Source of the DNA: the human T2T-CHM13v2.0 reference genome, Homo sapiens | NCBI RefSeq assembly: GCF_009914755.1 | Contig: NC_060930.1 | Reading direction: 5' to 3' (one strand) | DNA length: 64,000 bases | In this document: positions 1 to 13,217 of the stretch, piece after piece | Position numbering within the stretch: position 1 is the first letter of the stretch | Layout of the letters: each line of letters opens with the position of its first letter | Program-made: the position numbers and the translations under genes | The notes under the pieces: model-generated | Seen by the model: only the letters and a program-made list of their open reading frames with translations | Database searches by the model: none | Told to the model about the DNA's origin: nothing

Positions 1-688
1 GGATTTTAGATAAAATATTTATTTTGGCAAACACACCAATACAGTAGTTTCATTGGTTCTTTAATTAGTGTTAATATTAAGAAAATAAAATTATTCACTT
101 CTGATATAGTGAAGTCAAGAAGTGATTCAAATATATTACTTTTACATGATTCACAATTATAATTGTATTATTTATACCTATGGTTGCATAATAAATATGG
201 CTTAAGTTATCTGAAATAATTATTTTGTGCTTATTATGGAATATAAATCTAATGGACAAAGCTTTGGGGATTACAAAGTTCAGAAAGAGAACTGCATTTG
301 AAATACATCTTAATCCACTCAACAGATATTTGTTGAGTGCGTGCTATATGCCTGTCAGTTTTCTATGTGCTGAAAATACAGCTGTAAATAAGCAAGACAG
401 AGCCTTGTCTGAGACAAAGAAATTTAGATTAAGTAGAGGGAGTGGGGGAGACCATAAAACAAGTAAAAAGTAATCACAATATATCAAGATGATTAGATAG
501 TACAAGATTTGAGGGTTGGAAAGCAGGGTGCAAGCACTTCTGAAACAACCGTTAAGTGACTGTTTATGTAATTCTAGAGTAGGCAATTAAAAACTAGACT
601 GAGGGGAGTGAAGGAAGGACAACTTGGAAGGCAAGGTCCTGGTGATCTAATAATTGTTACCCTTAATCTTTATCTGTGTGAATATCTG

Positions 689-1205
689 TGTATTAGTCAG
701 GTTTCTCTAGAGGGATGGAACTAATAGGATGGAAGTATATATAAAAAGGAGTTGATTAAGGAGTATTGGCTCATACAGTCACAAGGTGAGGTCCCTCAAT
801 AGGCTGTCTGCAAGCTGAGGAGCAAGGAAGCCAGTTGGAGATCCGAAACCTCAAAGGTAAGAAAGCCAACAGTGCAGCCTTCAGTCTGCGGTCAAAGGTC
901 CAAGAGTCCCAAAGCTGAAGAACTTGGAGTCCGATGTTAGAGGGCAGGAAGTGGATGCACGGGAGAAAGATGCAGGCTGGGAGACTAAACCAGTCTAGTC
1001 TTTCCCCATTCTTCTGCCTGCTTTTATTCTGGCCACACTGGCAGCTGATTAGATGTTGTCCAGCCAGATTGAGGGTGGGTCTGCCTCTCCCAGTCCACTG
1101 GCTCAAATGTTAATCTCCTTTGGTAACACCCTCACAGACACACCCAGGAACAATATTTTGCATCCTTCAATCCAATCAAGTTGACACACAATATTAACCA
1201 TCACA
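689..1205 (-). mobile_element. MLT2-family (ERV-L) solo LTR
   Basis: Termini tgtattagtcag...aatattaaccatcaca; clearly homologous to the LTRs at 14617 and 18702 but with extra internal sequence, so probably a different MLT2 subfamily; no flanking internal sequence. Confidence 0.9.
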
Positions 1206-2254
1206 TTTTGTATATGAGCTTTTTTCTTATCTATAGTAATATAAAATGGTAAAATGGTTCTAAACTTTGAGTCTTGTAATAGTTTGTAATTCTTATTTCA
1301 AAGTAGACCAAACTGGGTTATCAGTTTTTGTGTGTATAGTAGTGATTTCTTCTTGTGAGATCTTGCTTATCTGTTAAGCATTATAAAACTTATCTGTGTT
1401 TTTATTCATTAAACATATATTTTTGAGGGTCTGCTATATTCTGCATTAAAGTAAGTGGAAGGAATACAACAGTGAACAAGACAAACATATTTCCAGCTTA
1501 CTTAGAGCTTTTATCTACATATATTTATCACTATTTTTCACTGCTGACTACATTTTGCTACAAATTCAGTTAGTGTGAGGGGAAACATAAACTTGGCCAA
1601 GTTATTATTTTCCTAGGAGTTTTATATATAGGAGAAATCAAGTTGGTGGTCGTTCTTTTTCTTACTTTTCAATATCACGAGTCCTAAACTGTCAAGGTAA
1701 GTTACCTTTATCTATATTCCTTTTTGCTTTTAAATCAAGGTTTGAGATACTTGTATAGAGGATCATCTGCCAGTTTTTCATCAGGACTGCCTTCTCCTAT
1801 CTTTCTCCTTCATCCTTTCCTCTCTTACAGTAAATTTCCCTCTCCAAGTGTAGTCATGCCTTCCTCTGACTCAACATTCCATCTTCTGCCAGCTCCTGCC
1901 TACTTCTTAGAGAGTAGACAGGTGTGATATGAAGCAATGTGATGGCTAGATGGCAGGTACTTGTCAGCAAGAAAATGATAACTAAAACAAAAACTTTTTT
2001 GTGATTCTTTTGAGCCTGTTCTCACTTGTTGTCTTGATGACAAATAATTTTATTCAGGGAAATAATATCTGTTAGTGGGTGTGGATGTGCTTCGGCATCT
2101 ATACTTTTATTCAGGCCTTTCTTGTTACCTCAATCTCATAGGAAATGAGGAAGGCAGTGGCACAAGCTAAAGACATCAAGATTCTGAAAACTAAGAGAAG
2201 TAGACAATTTCACCTGTCCTGACACTATAACACCATATTAAATAACACATTGAA

Positions 2255-2490
2255 GAGGTAGCATCATGTGGTAAAAAGAACACTGAGTTAGAAATTAGAA
2301 CACCTGGGTTCTATCACTAGCTGTATGACCTTTGGAAAACAACTTAACCCTTTGAATCTCAATTTTTTTTTTTACCTAGAATGTAAAATAATAACCTGCT
2401 TTAAGTATATCATAGGATTTTTCTGTAAACTAGGGGCAAGAAATATTATGTGAACTATAAGGCACAGCACAAATTAAGATGACATTATTT
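2255..2490. mobile_element. MIR SINE
   Basis: MIR core: cctgggttctatcactagctgtatgacctttggaaaacaacttaaccctttgaatctcaatttt. Confidence 0.65.
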
Positions 2491-3369
2491 CAGGACTTGA
2501 ACCATGAAAACCCAGGTCAAATCTGGTAGAAAAAAACAAAATAAAGCCAGGGCAAAAAAGTGAAGCTCTAGTTTATTCTGCTCTTTGGCTTTAATTTTTT
2601 CCAGCTACCATTTTATCCATCATCTGTCTTCTTCATCATCATTCATTTTCATTTTCATAAAGTTTTCCTCTCCCTTTCTCATCCTTCTCATCTTTCTCTC
2701 TAAATCCTTAAACTAGTGAGTTCCATTTCAGAATTTTCCTCTCTTATTTCTCTATTTACCTCCGGTGTGGCCATAAATTTCTAAAACAAAATAAATTTAA
2801 ATTAATTTTAATTTTTTTAAATGTCATATGATAGATGCTGAAGGAAACCTTACCCAAAATAAAAAAGCACTACAATATAGCATCTCAGATAGACTGGAAA
2901 TGAGAGCGTGTGGGGTTTCACTTAACTGTCCCTTGTACAGCAGGGACTTCTTTTCCTCACAGGGACTTCTACATATTGGGTAATAGTGATACTGGCCAGG
3001 TTTATACAATTGCTGAGACAGCTTTCATCTTTGGAACTGGATGCTATGGTTAGATGCTCTTCAGATTTTCCAGAAAATCAGCAGAATTTCTTAATACTTC
3101 GCTGGTTCCTTCTTGATAAGAGCAGCTTAAGATAAAAAGGTAAATTAGTAGTGAGTTCCTTTCTGTGTTGCCAAAATCAGTTTTGATTGCGTGAGAATGG
3201 GCTTGAAAGTGAGATGTATTGGCTTTTAGACCTGTTTTCACCATTTATATTATGAGTCATGTGATGGTTATCAAATCACTTTAACCTCTGGTAAGGTTAA
3301 CCTCTTAATCTTACTTAACAAGGAATTTTGATGCTCAAAACATATATAAACAAACGTATTATTATTAGA

Positions 3370-3610
3370 GCCTATAGAGCTTAATGTTTAAGAGTGGAGC
3401 CTCCAGGGCTACTCTGCCTAGGTTTGAAACCAACTGTGAACTTATTGGCTGTGTGACCTTAGGTACTTAGCATCTCTTGCCACAGTACAGCTAAAAGTAG
3501 TAAGAGTCCAGGATTATGAGACTTTCATGTGCTATTTCATGTAAAGTGCTGAGAACAATTCCTGGTATATAGCAAGCATTCAATAAATGTTAGCTGCTAA
3601 TATTTTTTAT
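3370..3610. mobile_element. MIR SINE
   Basis: ggctgtgtgaccttagg core and gtaaagtgctgagaacaattcctggtatatagcaagcattcaataaatgttagc end. Confidence 0.7.
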
Positions 3611-3894
3611 TTATCATATGGACATATGGCTAGAGATGGGTGTGTGTTTGTAAAGAAGTTTGAGTCGGCAGATACTTTGGTCTTGCTATTTATGTCCAGT
3701 GGTAGAAGTGGAGAAGAAGACACCCAAATATCCTAAGAATTCAAGGACAAGCTACTTCACTTATCCACTTGTCACTGAATTCATGTTGGAAATATCAGAT
3801 TTGAATTCTTCCAATATTCAGAGTTTCGTTAATGGAAATATTTCAAAATTGTACCAGTTGCAGATACTACTCTTAGAAGTTTAAGACACTGCAT

Positions 3895-4192
<298 letters not shown>

Positions 4193-4599
4193 GACACTGG
4201 AGTAATCTTCCTAGAGTATTGAAGCAATTGAAATCCCTGATTTTTACCATTATATTCTCTGGCCTTTCTTCTTACAATTTCTTTTTGTATCCTGTGAACA
4301 AGGGCAGGTTTTCATTTATTGCTTTTATATTTGGAGAAACCAATACACAAAGTTTTTTTTTTGTTTGTTTTTGTTTTTAATACACAAGGCCAGACTGAAC
4401 AAAGTCCTGGTGGAATCATAGTCTCTACCTTTCTGTCTCTCTGGCCTATGCCACGTTTCTCAATATCAGTTTAAATCAATTCCTTTTTTTATACTACGCA
4501 AAAGCATAAATATGCTATAGCAAGGCCTTATTTATCTTTTCAGAGTTTGGAGTTTAGGAAACAACTATTGATTTTAAAGAAAAAATGAATAGTCTACTG

Positions 4600-4827
4600 A
4601 TATCCATGAGCATAATAATTCATGGAAAGGACATAAATATCATATCTTAGATGTTTACAATTTACATTGCCACTGACTTCCACTCACCTGTTTTAAATGT
4701 GAGACTCCTGGATCCCTTCTGTCATCTATTTCTTGTTCCACAACTGAGACTTAGATAATGTTTGGAGTCAGATGTAAATTAAACCTTCATATTATAAATA
4801 TTATCAAGTGTAGGTACTTTACTGAGG
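4600..4827. repeat. 228-bp direct duplication, copy 1
   Basis: Aligns without gaps to 6174-6401 (offset 1574) with 5 mismatches counted. Confidence 0.95.
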
Positions 4828-4979
4828 AATACATGGGTACATAAAGTCATATATTTTTACATAACAAAAATTTCCTTTCTTGCCAATTTCATATGAATTA
4901 GCATCCTAATGAGAGTTTTCCATGTAATAATAGATCTGTCAGGCTGGTCTTCATAAATTGGTAAACAGGCTGGCCTTTC

Positions 4980-5398
4980 TGTATTAGCTGGCTTGGGCTA
5001 CCATAACAAAGTACCACGGTTTGCATGGCTTAGACAACAGAAATTTAATTTTTTCACACTTCCGCAGGCTGTGAGTTCAACATCCAGGTGTCAGAAGGTT
5101 TTGTTTCATAAGAGTCCTCTCTTTTGCTATCAGATGGCTGCCTTCTTACTTTATCTTTACATAGCCTTTTCTCTGCAAATGCATCCCAAATGTCTATCCT
5201 TTTTTCTATAAGGACACCAGCCCATATTGGATTAGGGTCACACCCAAGTTGTAACTTAACTTTTAATTCTAACTGCCTAATTTTAACTTAATCACCTCTA
5301 TTAAAAATCTTATCTCCAAAATACAGCTGCATTTTAAGATTTTAGAGGTTGGGACTTCAATGTATGAATTTTAGGAGAGCATGATTCAGTCTGTAACA
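4980..5398 (-). mobile_element. MLT1-type (ERVL-MaLR) solo LTR
   Basis: tgtattag...ataacaaagtaccac...ggcttagacaacagaaattta start and tatgaattttaggagagcatgattcagtctgtaaca end; near-TSD ctttc/cttac. Confidence 0.85.
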
Positions 5399-6173
5399 CT
5401 TACATAATGAGAGAGCAGAGCAAGTAAGGTCTCTATTGTTCATTCGTTTTGCTTTTATTTAAAGAGGTAATTCCTTGATTTATCACAAAGGGTGATTTGT
5501 CATCTAATGAAGGCAGTATGATGTAGCAGAAGGAGCACAGGCATTAGGGTCAGACATATCAGAATTTGAGTGCATTATTGCAGGCAAGTTATTTTACCTC
5601 TCAGAGCCCTAATATGTCATCTTCAAAATGGAGATAATACCATCCTGCTCATTTGCTCTGAGAATTAGAAGTAATTGCACTTTACCCTTTGCCAACTATA
5701 TCAATATGTATATGTGTGGGTGTCTATGTCTCTTATCATTATATTATTCATATTAATATCACAGTTTCCCTCGAGGGCAAGACAAAAGGTTTTTTAAAAA
5801 TCTGCTAGTATATTTTAGTCTAAATTGAACTTTTACTGGTCAACTTACTAGTCCCTGCTTTCATATTTAATAGTGTTTTTATTGCTAGTTTATTTACCAT
5901 TTTCTCAAGAACAAAAATACTTTAACTTTTAATTTTTACAAATGTATGTATTTTATATATGGTAAGTGTTTATAATGTTGCATATACATGTGTATTATAG
6001 TAACAGGATTTATGTTGGGGCCTAAATATTTAAAGCAAAGTGTGCTTCATGATTACTAAAGACTTTTTTTTTTTACATTGTTGAATTTTTAAGTTACCTA
6101 CTTAATTGAAAAACTCTGATAAAATATTCACTCATTTTTGGACTTCAAAATAAGAAAATGGATACAAACAGAT

Positions 6174-6401
6174 ATATCGATGAGCATAATAATTCACGGA
6201 AAGGACATAAATACCATATCTTAGATGTTTACAATTTACATTGCAACTGACTTCCACTCACCTGTTTTAAATGTGAGACTCCTGGATCCCTTCTGTCATC
6301 TATTTCTTGTTCCACAACTGAGACTTAGATAATGTTTGGAGTCAGATGTAGATTAAACCTTCATATTATAAATATTATCAAGTGTAGGTACTTTACTGAG
6401 G
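6174..6401. repeat. 228-bp direct duplication, copy 2
   Basis: Matches 4600-4827; ends at GAG|GTAAGT. Confidence 0.95.
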
Positions 6402-6739
6402 TAAGTATAATATCAAGCAAAGGTAAGAGGCTAAGCAATGTAAAGGCTGGAAGAAAAGACAAAGAAGGATTCATGAAGTATTTTGCAAAATATTTAATTT
6501 TATGTGCATGGAGCTTTTCCTCCCTTTGTGCCTATCCACTTAGTTCTATTCTTTAATTCCTGTCTCTTACTTAATTCAAGACTTACCTCCTTTCATTTCC
6601 TAATACCTTTATTCCTCTCTGAGCATTCCTTTATCTTTTCATACTATTTGATTCCTTTGTATTTATATGAATAATTTCAAGTTAATCAGGGTAAGTAAGA
6701 ATAATATTTTCCACTTCTTGTGTTTTGAACCTCTTAATA

Positions 6740-7435
6740 GTGATATATACTGTAGGTATTTGGCTTATTAATTCATTACCATCTGATATAATAAAAATTA
6801 TTCATTTGTTTTTGTCAGTCTTCCATACTAAAATATAAGTTCTGTGAGAGCAGGACTTTGTTGGTCTTACTCATAATTGTGTCACAGAATCTAGAGTAGT
6901 GCCTAAGAAAAACTAGGCACTCAAGACAAGCACCTGAAATGAGCCAGGTGCTGTGCAGGGTGATGGTAATAAAGGGATGAATGAGACTGATAAAGCCCCC
7001 ACTCTCACGATTTTATATTATAGTGTAGAAAAATAGGAATATAAATACTATGCTATTAGTTAAGATAACTAGTCTGAAGAAAAAGTAGGGTGAAAAGATG
7101 GAGCGTGGGATGATGAGGTGATGTTTTGGATAAGGTGATGGGGAAGGCCTCTCAGAAGTGATATTTGAGCAGATACCTGAATAAAGGGAGTATCTGAGAA
7201 TTGGAGAGGTCAAGTCATTATGACAAAGGTAGCAGCAACTACAAAGGCTGTGAGACAGGAATAAATTCAGAATGTTCAACAGAAAGAAAGCAAATAAAGG
7301 AACACAAGGAAACAGTTGGAAGAGACAAGTCTGGAGTGAGTAACAGGGGCCAAATCATGTAGGGCCATATAGTCATCTGGAGAGGTTAGATTTTATTTTG
7401 ACTGTACTAGGAATCCCCTGAATTAATTAATAAAT
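6740..7435. mobile_element. Old L2 LINE fragments (both orientations)
   Basis: L2 3'-type motifs such as aagttctgtgagagcaggactttg...gtgcct and ggaaggcctctcagaagtgatatttgagcagatacctgaa. Confidence 0.65.
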
Positions 7436-7944
7436 GAATAAGTGTGTCAATGATGCCTAAATATGGTGTGATTCCAGTACATATACTCAGATAAATTAAT
7501 TGATTAATTGCTATAATATCATTTTCTACATCCTAATCACACCATCTATCAAAATCCAAAAGAAATCTGACCATTTAATATGAATCAAGCTCAAGTGCCA
7601 GGCTCGTTGGAGCAAATGATGAGACAGGCAGAGCAACTGAGCGTGTGGCTAAATGCAGGTCCATTACCTGGTTCTGTCAAAGCAGGCAAGGACACCAGTG
7701 GAGGTGAAGCAGAAATACACCAGATGATGATGGGCTTCGGAACAGCTATGGGTGTGGCAGTAAATATCTCTAGAGTGGATAAACTTACTCTGAAAACTTT
7801 ATTTCCCTCACTTTTCTTTTTCATTGCTCAGCACATCTCTGTTAACACTTCCTTGGAGGCTACATTACTATTCTGGAGGAAAAGCTTTTCAATAGACCAA
7901 CTGCATTCCAAGTATTTTAGCTGAGAAGGAGTACTTACTGAGGT

Positions 7945-8590
7945 TAACCATGCAGACTCTATAAGCAGACTGTTTTTGAAGTCACCTGGGTGACCTTGGG
8001 CAAGTTAAATTATCATTGCCAGCTTCCACATTGATAGATAGGGATAGTAGTAATAATCTGCATAATACCATTATGAAAATTAAATGAGATAACTCATTTA
8101 AAGCACTAGAGTTCCTGGTGTATGATCATTGTTCAAGAAACATAAGCTTTTCTTATTATAACTAAGAAAAAATGTAATTTTCTTGGCATTCAGCTTTATT
8201 ATGATTACTTCTACAAGTTTCTAAAAGTTAAGTTGGGATTAGCCACTTTCTGAGAAAGAAAAGTATCTTTCTATTCTCACTTTAGTGGTTCAGGACAAAG
8301 TTTTATTGCAACAGAAGCCATAAATGTATCCCAAAACAGTAACATATAGCTTGGGGGTAATGTGGAATTATAGAAAGATCTTGAGGTTTGAACCCAGAAG
8401 CTCAGCTACCTGCTTTATGGATGAGCATTTAGAAATTATTTGAGCTCTCTGTTCTTCATGACCTTGGATTCAAACTGAGAGTAATAATAGTGACCCTCTT
8501 GCAAGGTTTTTCTAGAATTAAAAGTGATTATGTACATAAATATCCCTTAAAACCTTTATAGCCTTGTTCAAATGTTAGTTATTTGTTATT
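7945..8590. mobile_element. Two MIR-like SINE remnants
   Basis: gggtgaccttgggcaagtta...attaaatgagataa (7945-8160) and a more diverged copy at ~8345-8590. Confidence 0.55.
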
Positions 8591-11500
8591 AAAGTTTTTG
8601 AGCCATTCAATGTTGATCAAAAAAAAAGGTTTAAGATGAAAAAGCACATCGTTCTGGCATTTGCTTTCTGAAGTAGAAGTAAAATATTGTTTCTCTATTA
8701 AGATTGCTAGAGCTTGATGTCATTGGTTTTCTGGTTTATGTATGTTTTTGTTATTTTTACCAGAAATAAAGTTTTAATTAAAAAAAAAACAGAGAAAACT
8801 CTATTGGGTCTGATATTCTCATTTTCAAGATGTTGTTTTCTAACATGAAGTTTCAAGAAAATGAGAGAGAAAAGCTGAAGGGTTACAGGGTTACCTGCAT
8901 TTCACAAAAGCAACCATTTTGGTAGGGATAACTTGAAAAAAAAATTCTAGATATCATATTCTTGACATTAGTTTGGCAAGCATATAGCACAGATGTGGCA
9001 GAGAGAACATTAAGGCTAAATTTATAATATTAATCTGTTGTCATCAGTATACAAATAAAATTAAACCCACATTGACAGATAAAGTTAGTAAAGGGAGATC
9101 TGTGTCTTAGAAAGGAGCAAAGGCCTGAGAACATAAACTCTCATGACACCTGAGACAAAATGGTGAGTGTCAAAGTCTGGGACACCAACTGGGCATTCTC
9201 TACATTGCAATTTTTACTTGACTAAAGGTTCTGACCAAAGATATAATGTTTCTGTTCAAACCGAGAATCTAAGCATCTGATGGAAGCAGCTGTGAGATCT
9301 ATGAAAGCCTCTGCAAGCCTTCTCAGCTGCATCTCCCTGGAGTCTCACATGGCTTTCACAAGTGACATTCCATGACTGTGCCACAGACCAAAACAAACCA
9401 GAAATCTACACGCAAGAAGCTTTTGGAAAACTGGAGGAAGCCAACTCCTACATCCCCAAAGTGGAACTTTTAAAAGCAGGGAGAAATAAAAGAAAAGGCA
9501 AAGAAGTTTTTTTTAAGCTGACACTGCTAGAACCATTATCTATCCATGTCAGAAGAAGCATTTAGAATCCATCTTTCTATCATTATTAATTTATTAAAGA
9601 AGTGCAAAAAATAAATTTATTTAATAAGCAACATAAGATGACAGAAATGCTTCACAGAGCCTATGACTTCATAGCTTTAACATAGAAATCACATTCTCAT
9701 TGTATCTTTCCACCTGAGAACTTGCCCATAAATCATCCTTTACTTTCCCTGGTTCTTTAGATGCTTCTGTTTAGATTTTTCTCCCTCTGAAGAAACAAAT
9801 AACAAAACACCATGATTATTTCCCTTTATCTTAAAATACTTCCCTTGTTACTCTTGAGCTAACACCTCATTTTTTGAAACACTTTATAGAAAAGTCTTTT
9901 CCACAAGATGGTCTACACCTGCTGCCTCCCCTCTCTCCCCACCTTGCCTGGATGTGACTTCCTCCTCTGGCTCCTAGTTCCCAGGACCTTGTCCTGGCTG
10001 TTTCTTCCTGAACTTCTTTCTGTTACATATGGCCCTTTTGACTACCTATCTTTCTTAAAATTCTCTATTGATTATTTCCAACTTTTTTTTATCTCTCCCT
10101 ATTCTTATTTTCTCTCCCTCCTTCTAATTTTCTCTGCTTTCTTTGATTGTTTTGTTTCCTAACTCCTAAAAGTGCACATGTTCTAGAGTTCTGGGTTTTG
10201 CTTCATTCTCTTCTATATACTTACATTTTATTGATTCAAAATATCAAAAGTATATATTTTTATCTTCCTTATATGCCTGTGCTCTTAACGTCAGGCACTG
10301 TCAGCATCACTGCTCTCTTGTCTGTTCCAGGATTATAACCACATGGGTCTCAATGTTATTAGGTCTATCCTAAATTTTGTCTCTCCTTCCATGAAATTTC
10401 TTTTATAACAGAATTTTCATTATGACCCTATTTCCTCCCTGAATGGACTATTTCAACTACCTCCAGGATATTCCTACCCCTTTCTAATCCGACCTATCAT
10501 TTCATCAAACTTAACATATCTTCTGTTGTCTACCCTTCCATTTAAAATGATACATGTTAAGTTTTCCAGAAATATGGCATCACCATCACTACTCAGACAT
10601 CTTATCCAGGAAAAACTGAGCTCTTCTCTATAGCTCTTTGTATTGTAAATGATGTTCAGATTGTGCCATAGGACACCATTCCTGCATGCCAGCTTGCCTG
10701 CCAGTGTGATTTGCAGTCCTTCCTCAGTGTTCTACAGAACCAGAAGTTGAAGTCACTCTTATCTTGAAGATATATTGTTTTTGCTCATTCACAAATGTTT
10801 AATGAGGCTATGTTTTGGTCACAAATACCCTAATGTTGATAGGCAAGTTGTCTCATAAAAATGATGTTTTAGGTTTCCATTTGGCTTTTCAATATTAAGG
10901 ACAATTCTGAGATTGAACTAATATTTAATTGAGAAGTTATCTATGGTATCTAGGAAGGGTTACTAAAACCTCTATACTTTTCTATATGCTGAAGTGGATC
11001 CTGACTGTCTTTCCTCTTATATTTAGGGCATTAACACTTAACCAGTTGCATTATTCCATTTATTATAAATTCTACATTCCAATCTGTACTACCCACTCCA
11101 CTTGAAAGAGAGAGAGAGACGGAGAGAGAGAGACAGAGTTTTCCTCTGCTTGTCTCAAAATTGTCCTATAAACCACAACTTGCACCTGCAATATTAATAG
11201 ACTTTTCACAGGTAGACTCGAATGTATTCTTCCATATACCTAAATAACACAGTCAAGTGTCCTAATTGAGATTTCAAGTAATATTTAGAACTAAGTTAAT
11301 CTCCCACAGATAGTTGAGGGTTGACTATGTAGGTAGCTGAATTTTTATGAACAACATTTCTTATAACTACTGAATAAAGAAAAGCTGGGTATAAGAACAG
11401 AGGGCATTTGAGAAATCAGATACTTTATTGGCAGCTACCAGAAATAAGTACCTACTGGCTTCAACTTCCCTGGTTGAAAAAGTGATAAATTCCACAGAAG

Positions 11501-13134
11501 CCTGAGGAGTTGCCAGAAGAAAGGCTTTCTGGCAGAGCACGCAGGATGTGATCAAATGCTTTAGCAGAACGTTGGAGTTACATGACCTTTAACAGTAATA
11601 GCCAAGTAATAAATTAGTCTCCCCAGCTGCTAGTTCATAATCATAACAGCAAATATTATGTGAAAATTAAAACCATGGCAGATAGTAGTCATGGTAACAT
11701 AACATAGTGATCACAGCCATTAAAGGATAGAGTACTGAGGTCTGAGAGAAACTCAGTTAAGAATACAGATATTTGATTTGAAAAAAACAAACAAAAAAGC
11801 TACTTTTGAAATTAGCACAGCATAATGCAGAGAGGTTGTGAAAACAGTTTTAAATCATACCTTAATCCTGGAAAGTACAACGGCATTGCCTGGTACATCA
11901 GATCATTACTGTGGTTTTATTATCATTATCATTGAGTAAGCTTTTAGCAACTACACCTTGTTATAACCCATTCATCAGCAAAACAGGCATTGCCAGGATT
12001 GAGTGGTGACCTTGGTTTCAGGGGCAAATAATAACAGAGCCCTTTATCTTGTTCTTCTTTCCTTTATTCCTTCTTTCTATTAGTCTCTCCATTGTTTTTG
12101 TTTTTTTTTTCTCTTACCCATATTTAATTATACTAAGGCTTCAGACATGCTATGAATTATTGGAGTTGGTAAGAAGTCATATCATTGTTTCTTAAAAGCT
12201 CTCAATATTGCACCATCATCCACAAGACAAAGGCAAGTCTTGAAAACGTGACCCTCAAGATTCTTTAGTTGGTCCCTGCCCTTTTCTGCAGCCACAATAC
12301 TTTCTGCTTCCTGCCTCACACATTATTCTCTGTAACATCTACTTACTCTCATGTATCATTACATCTTTCTTCTAAACTAACAAATATGCATAATCCGCAC
12401 AAACTGAGCCTCATTTGCCAAAGACCAGGAAATTCTTTTGAATCTCATGGTTTAATTGATTTCAATTGGCCACTAAAATTTCGTCTATGAGTAAATCTAG
12501 TGATCCTTCTGCTCTTATGTACAGAAGCCAAGAGGTCTGCTGCTAGATTTGTATATACGTGTGTCTTATTTCACTTCAGATTTTTCATTTGAGAGTGTTC
12601 TTAGTCATCCTTAAGATAATTAACAGCTTTGATAAAAGGAACAAAGCTAGCATTTTTTTTTTAACAATCCCAAAGCTGTGCCATGAACACATTTAGTTTT
12701 TAATAACTGGTATTTACCAACTGACTGGCTGACCAGTGATGCACTAAGAATAAGCACTAACCTTTCTTCTGGATACATTAACTTAAAGTTTCAAAGCCTC
12801 TCTGAGACTTGGCATGGCTTTCAAGCCTAAATGTTTTGTGTAAAATATAAAAAGCCCAAAGTCCTCAAAATGTTTTTCTCTTTCCATGAAGCAAAGTGTT
12901 TCCTTTGGACATTATATTTTTTTATTGATACTTAAATCACATTTTTTTTCCTGCAACACTAATAAAAACGATTATGTTGCCAAACATTAAAAAGCCCAAA
13001 GTATTTAAAGACCTGAATAACCATACAACATTGAACCATATATGTGCCAATATGGCAATTGAGTGTCTTCAGTTGTTTCTTGCTTTTGAGTTTGGTATTC
13101 TAAGGATAGTGATTAAGAGCCAGTCTCAAAAATC

Positions 13135-13217
13135 ACTCATTTGGCTGAGTGGTTAAGGCATTGGACTTAAGATCCAATGGAGTAGTGGCTGTGTGGGTTT
13201 AAACCCCACTACTGGTA
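13135..13217 (+). pseudogene. Degenerate tRNA-Leu(TAA) gene
   Basis: 83 nt; D-loop/A-box TGGCTGAGTGGTTAAGG, anticodon arm TTGGA-CTTAAGA-TCCAA, long variable arm, T-arm GTGGG-TTTAAAC-CCCAC, 3' CTGGTA. B-box GTTCGAA decayed to GTTTAAA and acceptor stem mispaired. Confidence 0.88.

Noticed and set aside
7580-7924. 114-aa ATG ORF in non-repeat sequence
   Set aside because: No recognisable homology or convincing exon structure; length compatible with chance
11511-11534. 8-bp stem hairpin TGCCAGAA...TTCTGGCA
   Set aside because: Short inverted repeats of this size are expected by chance in 64 kb
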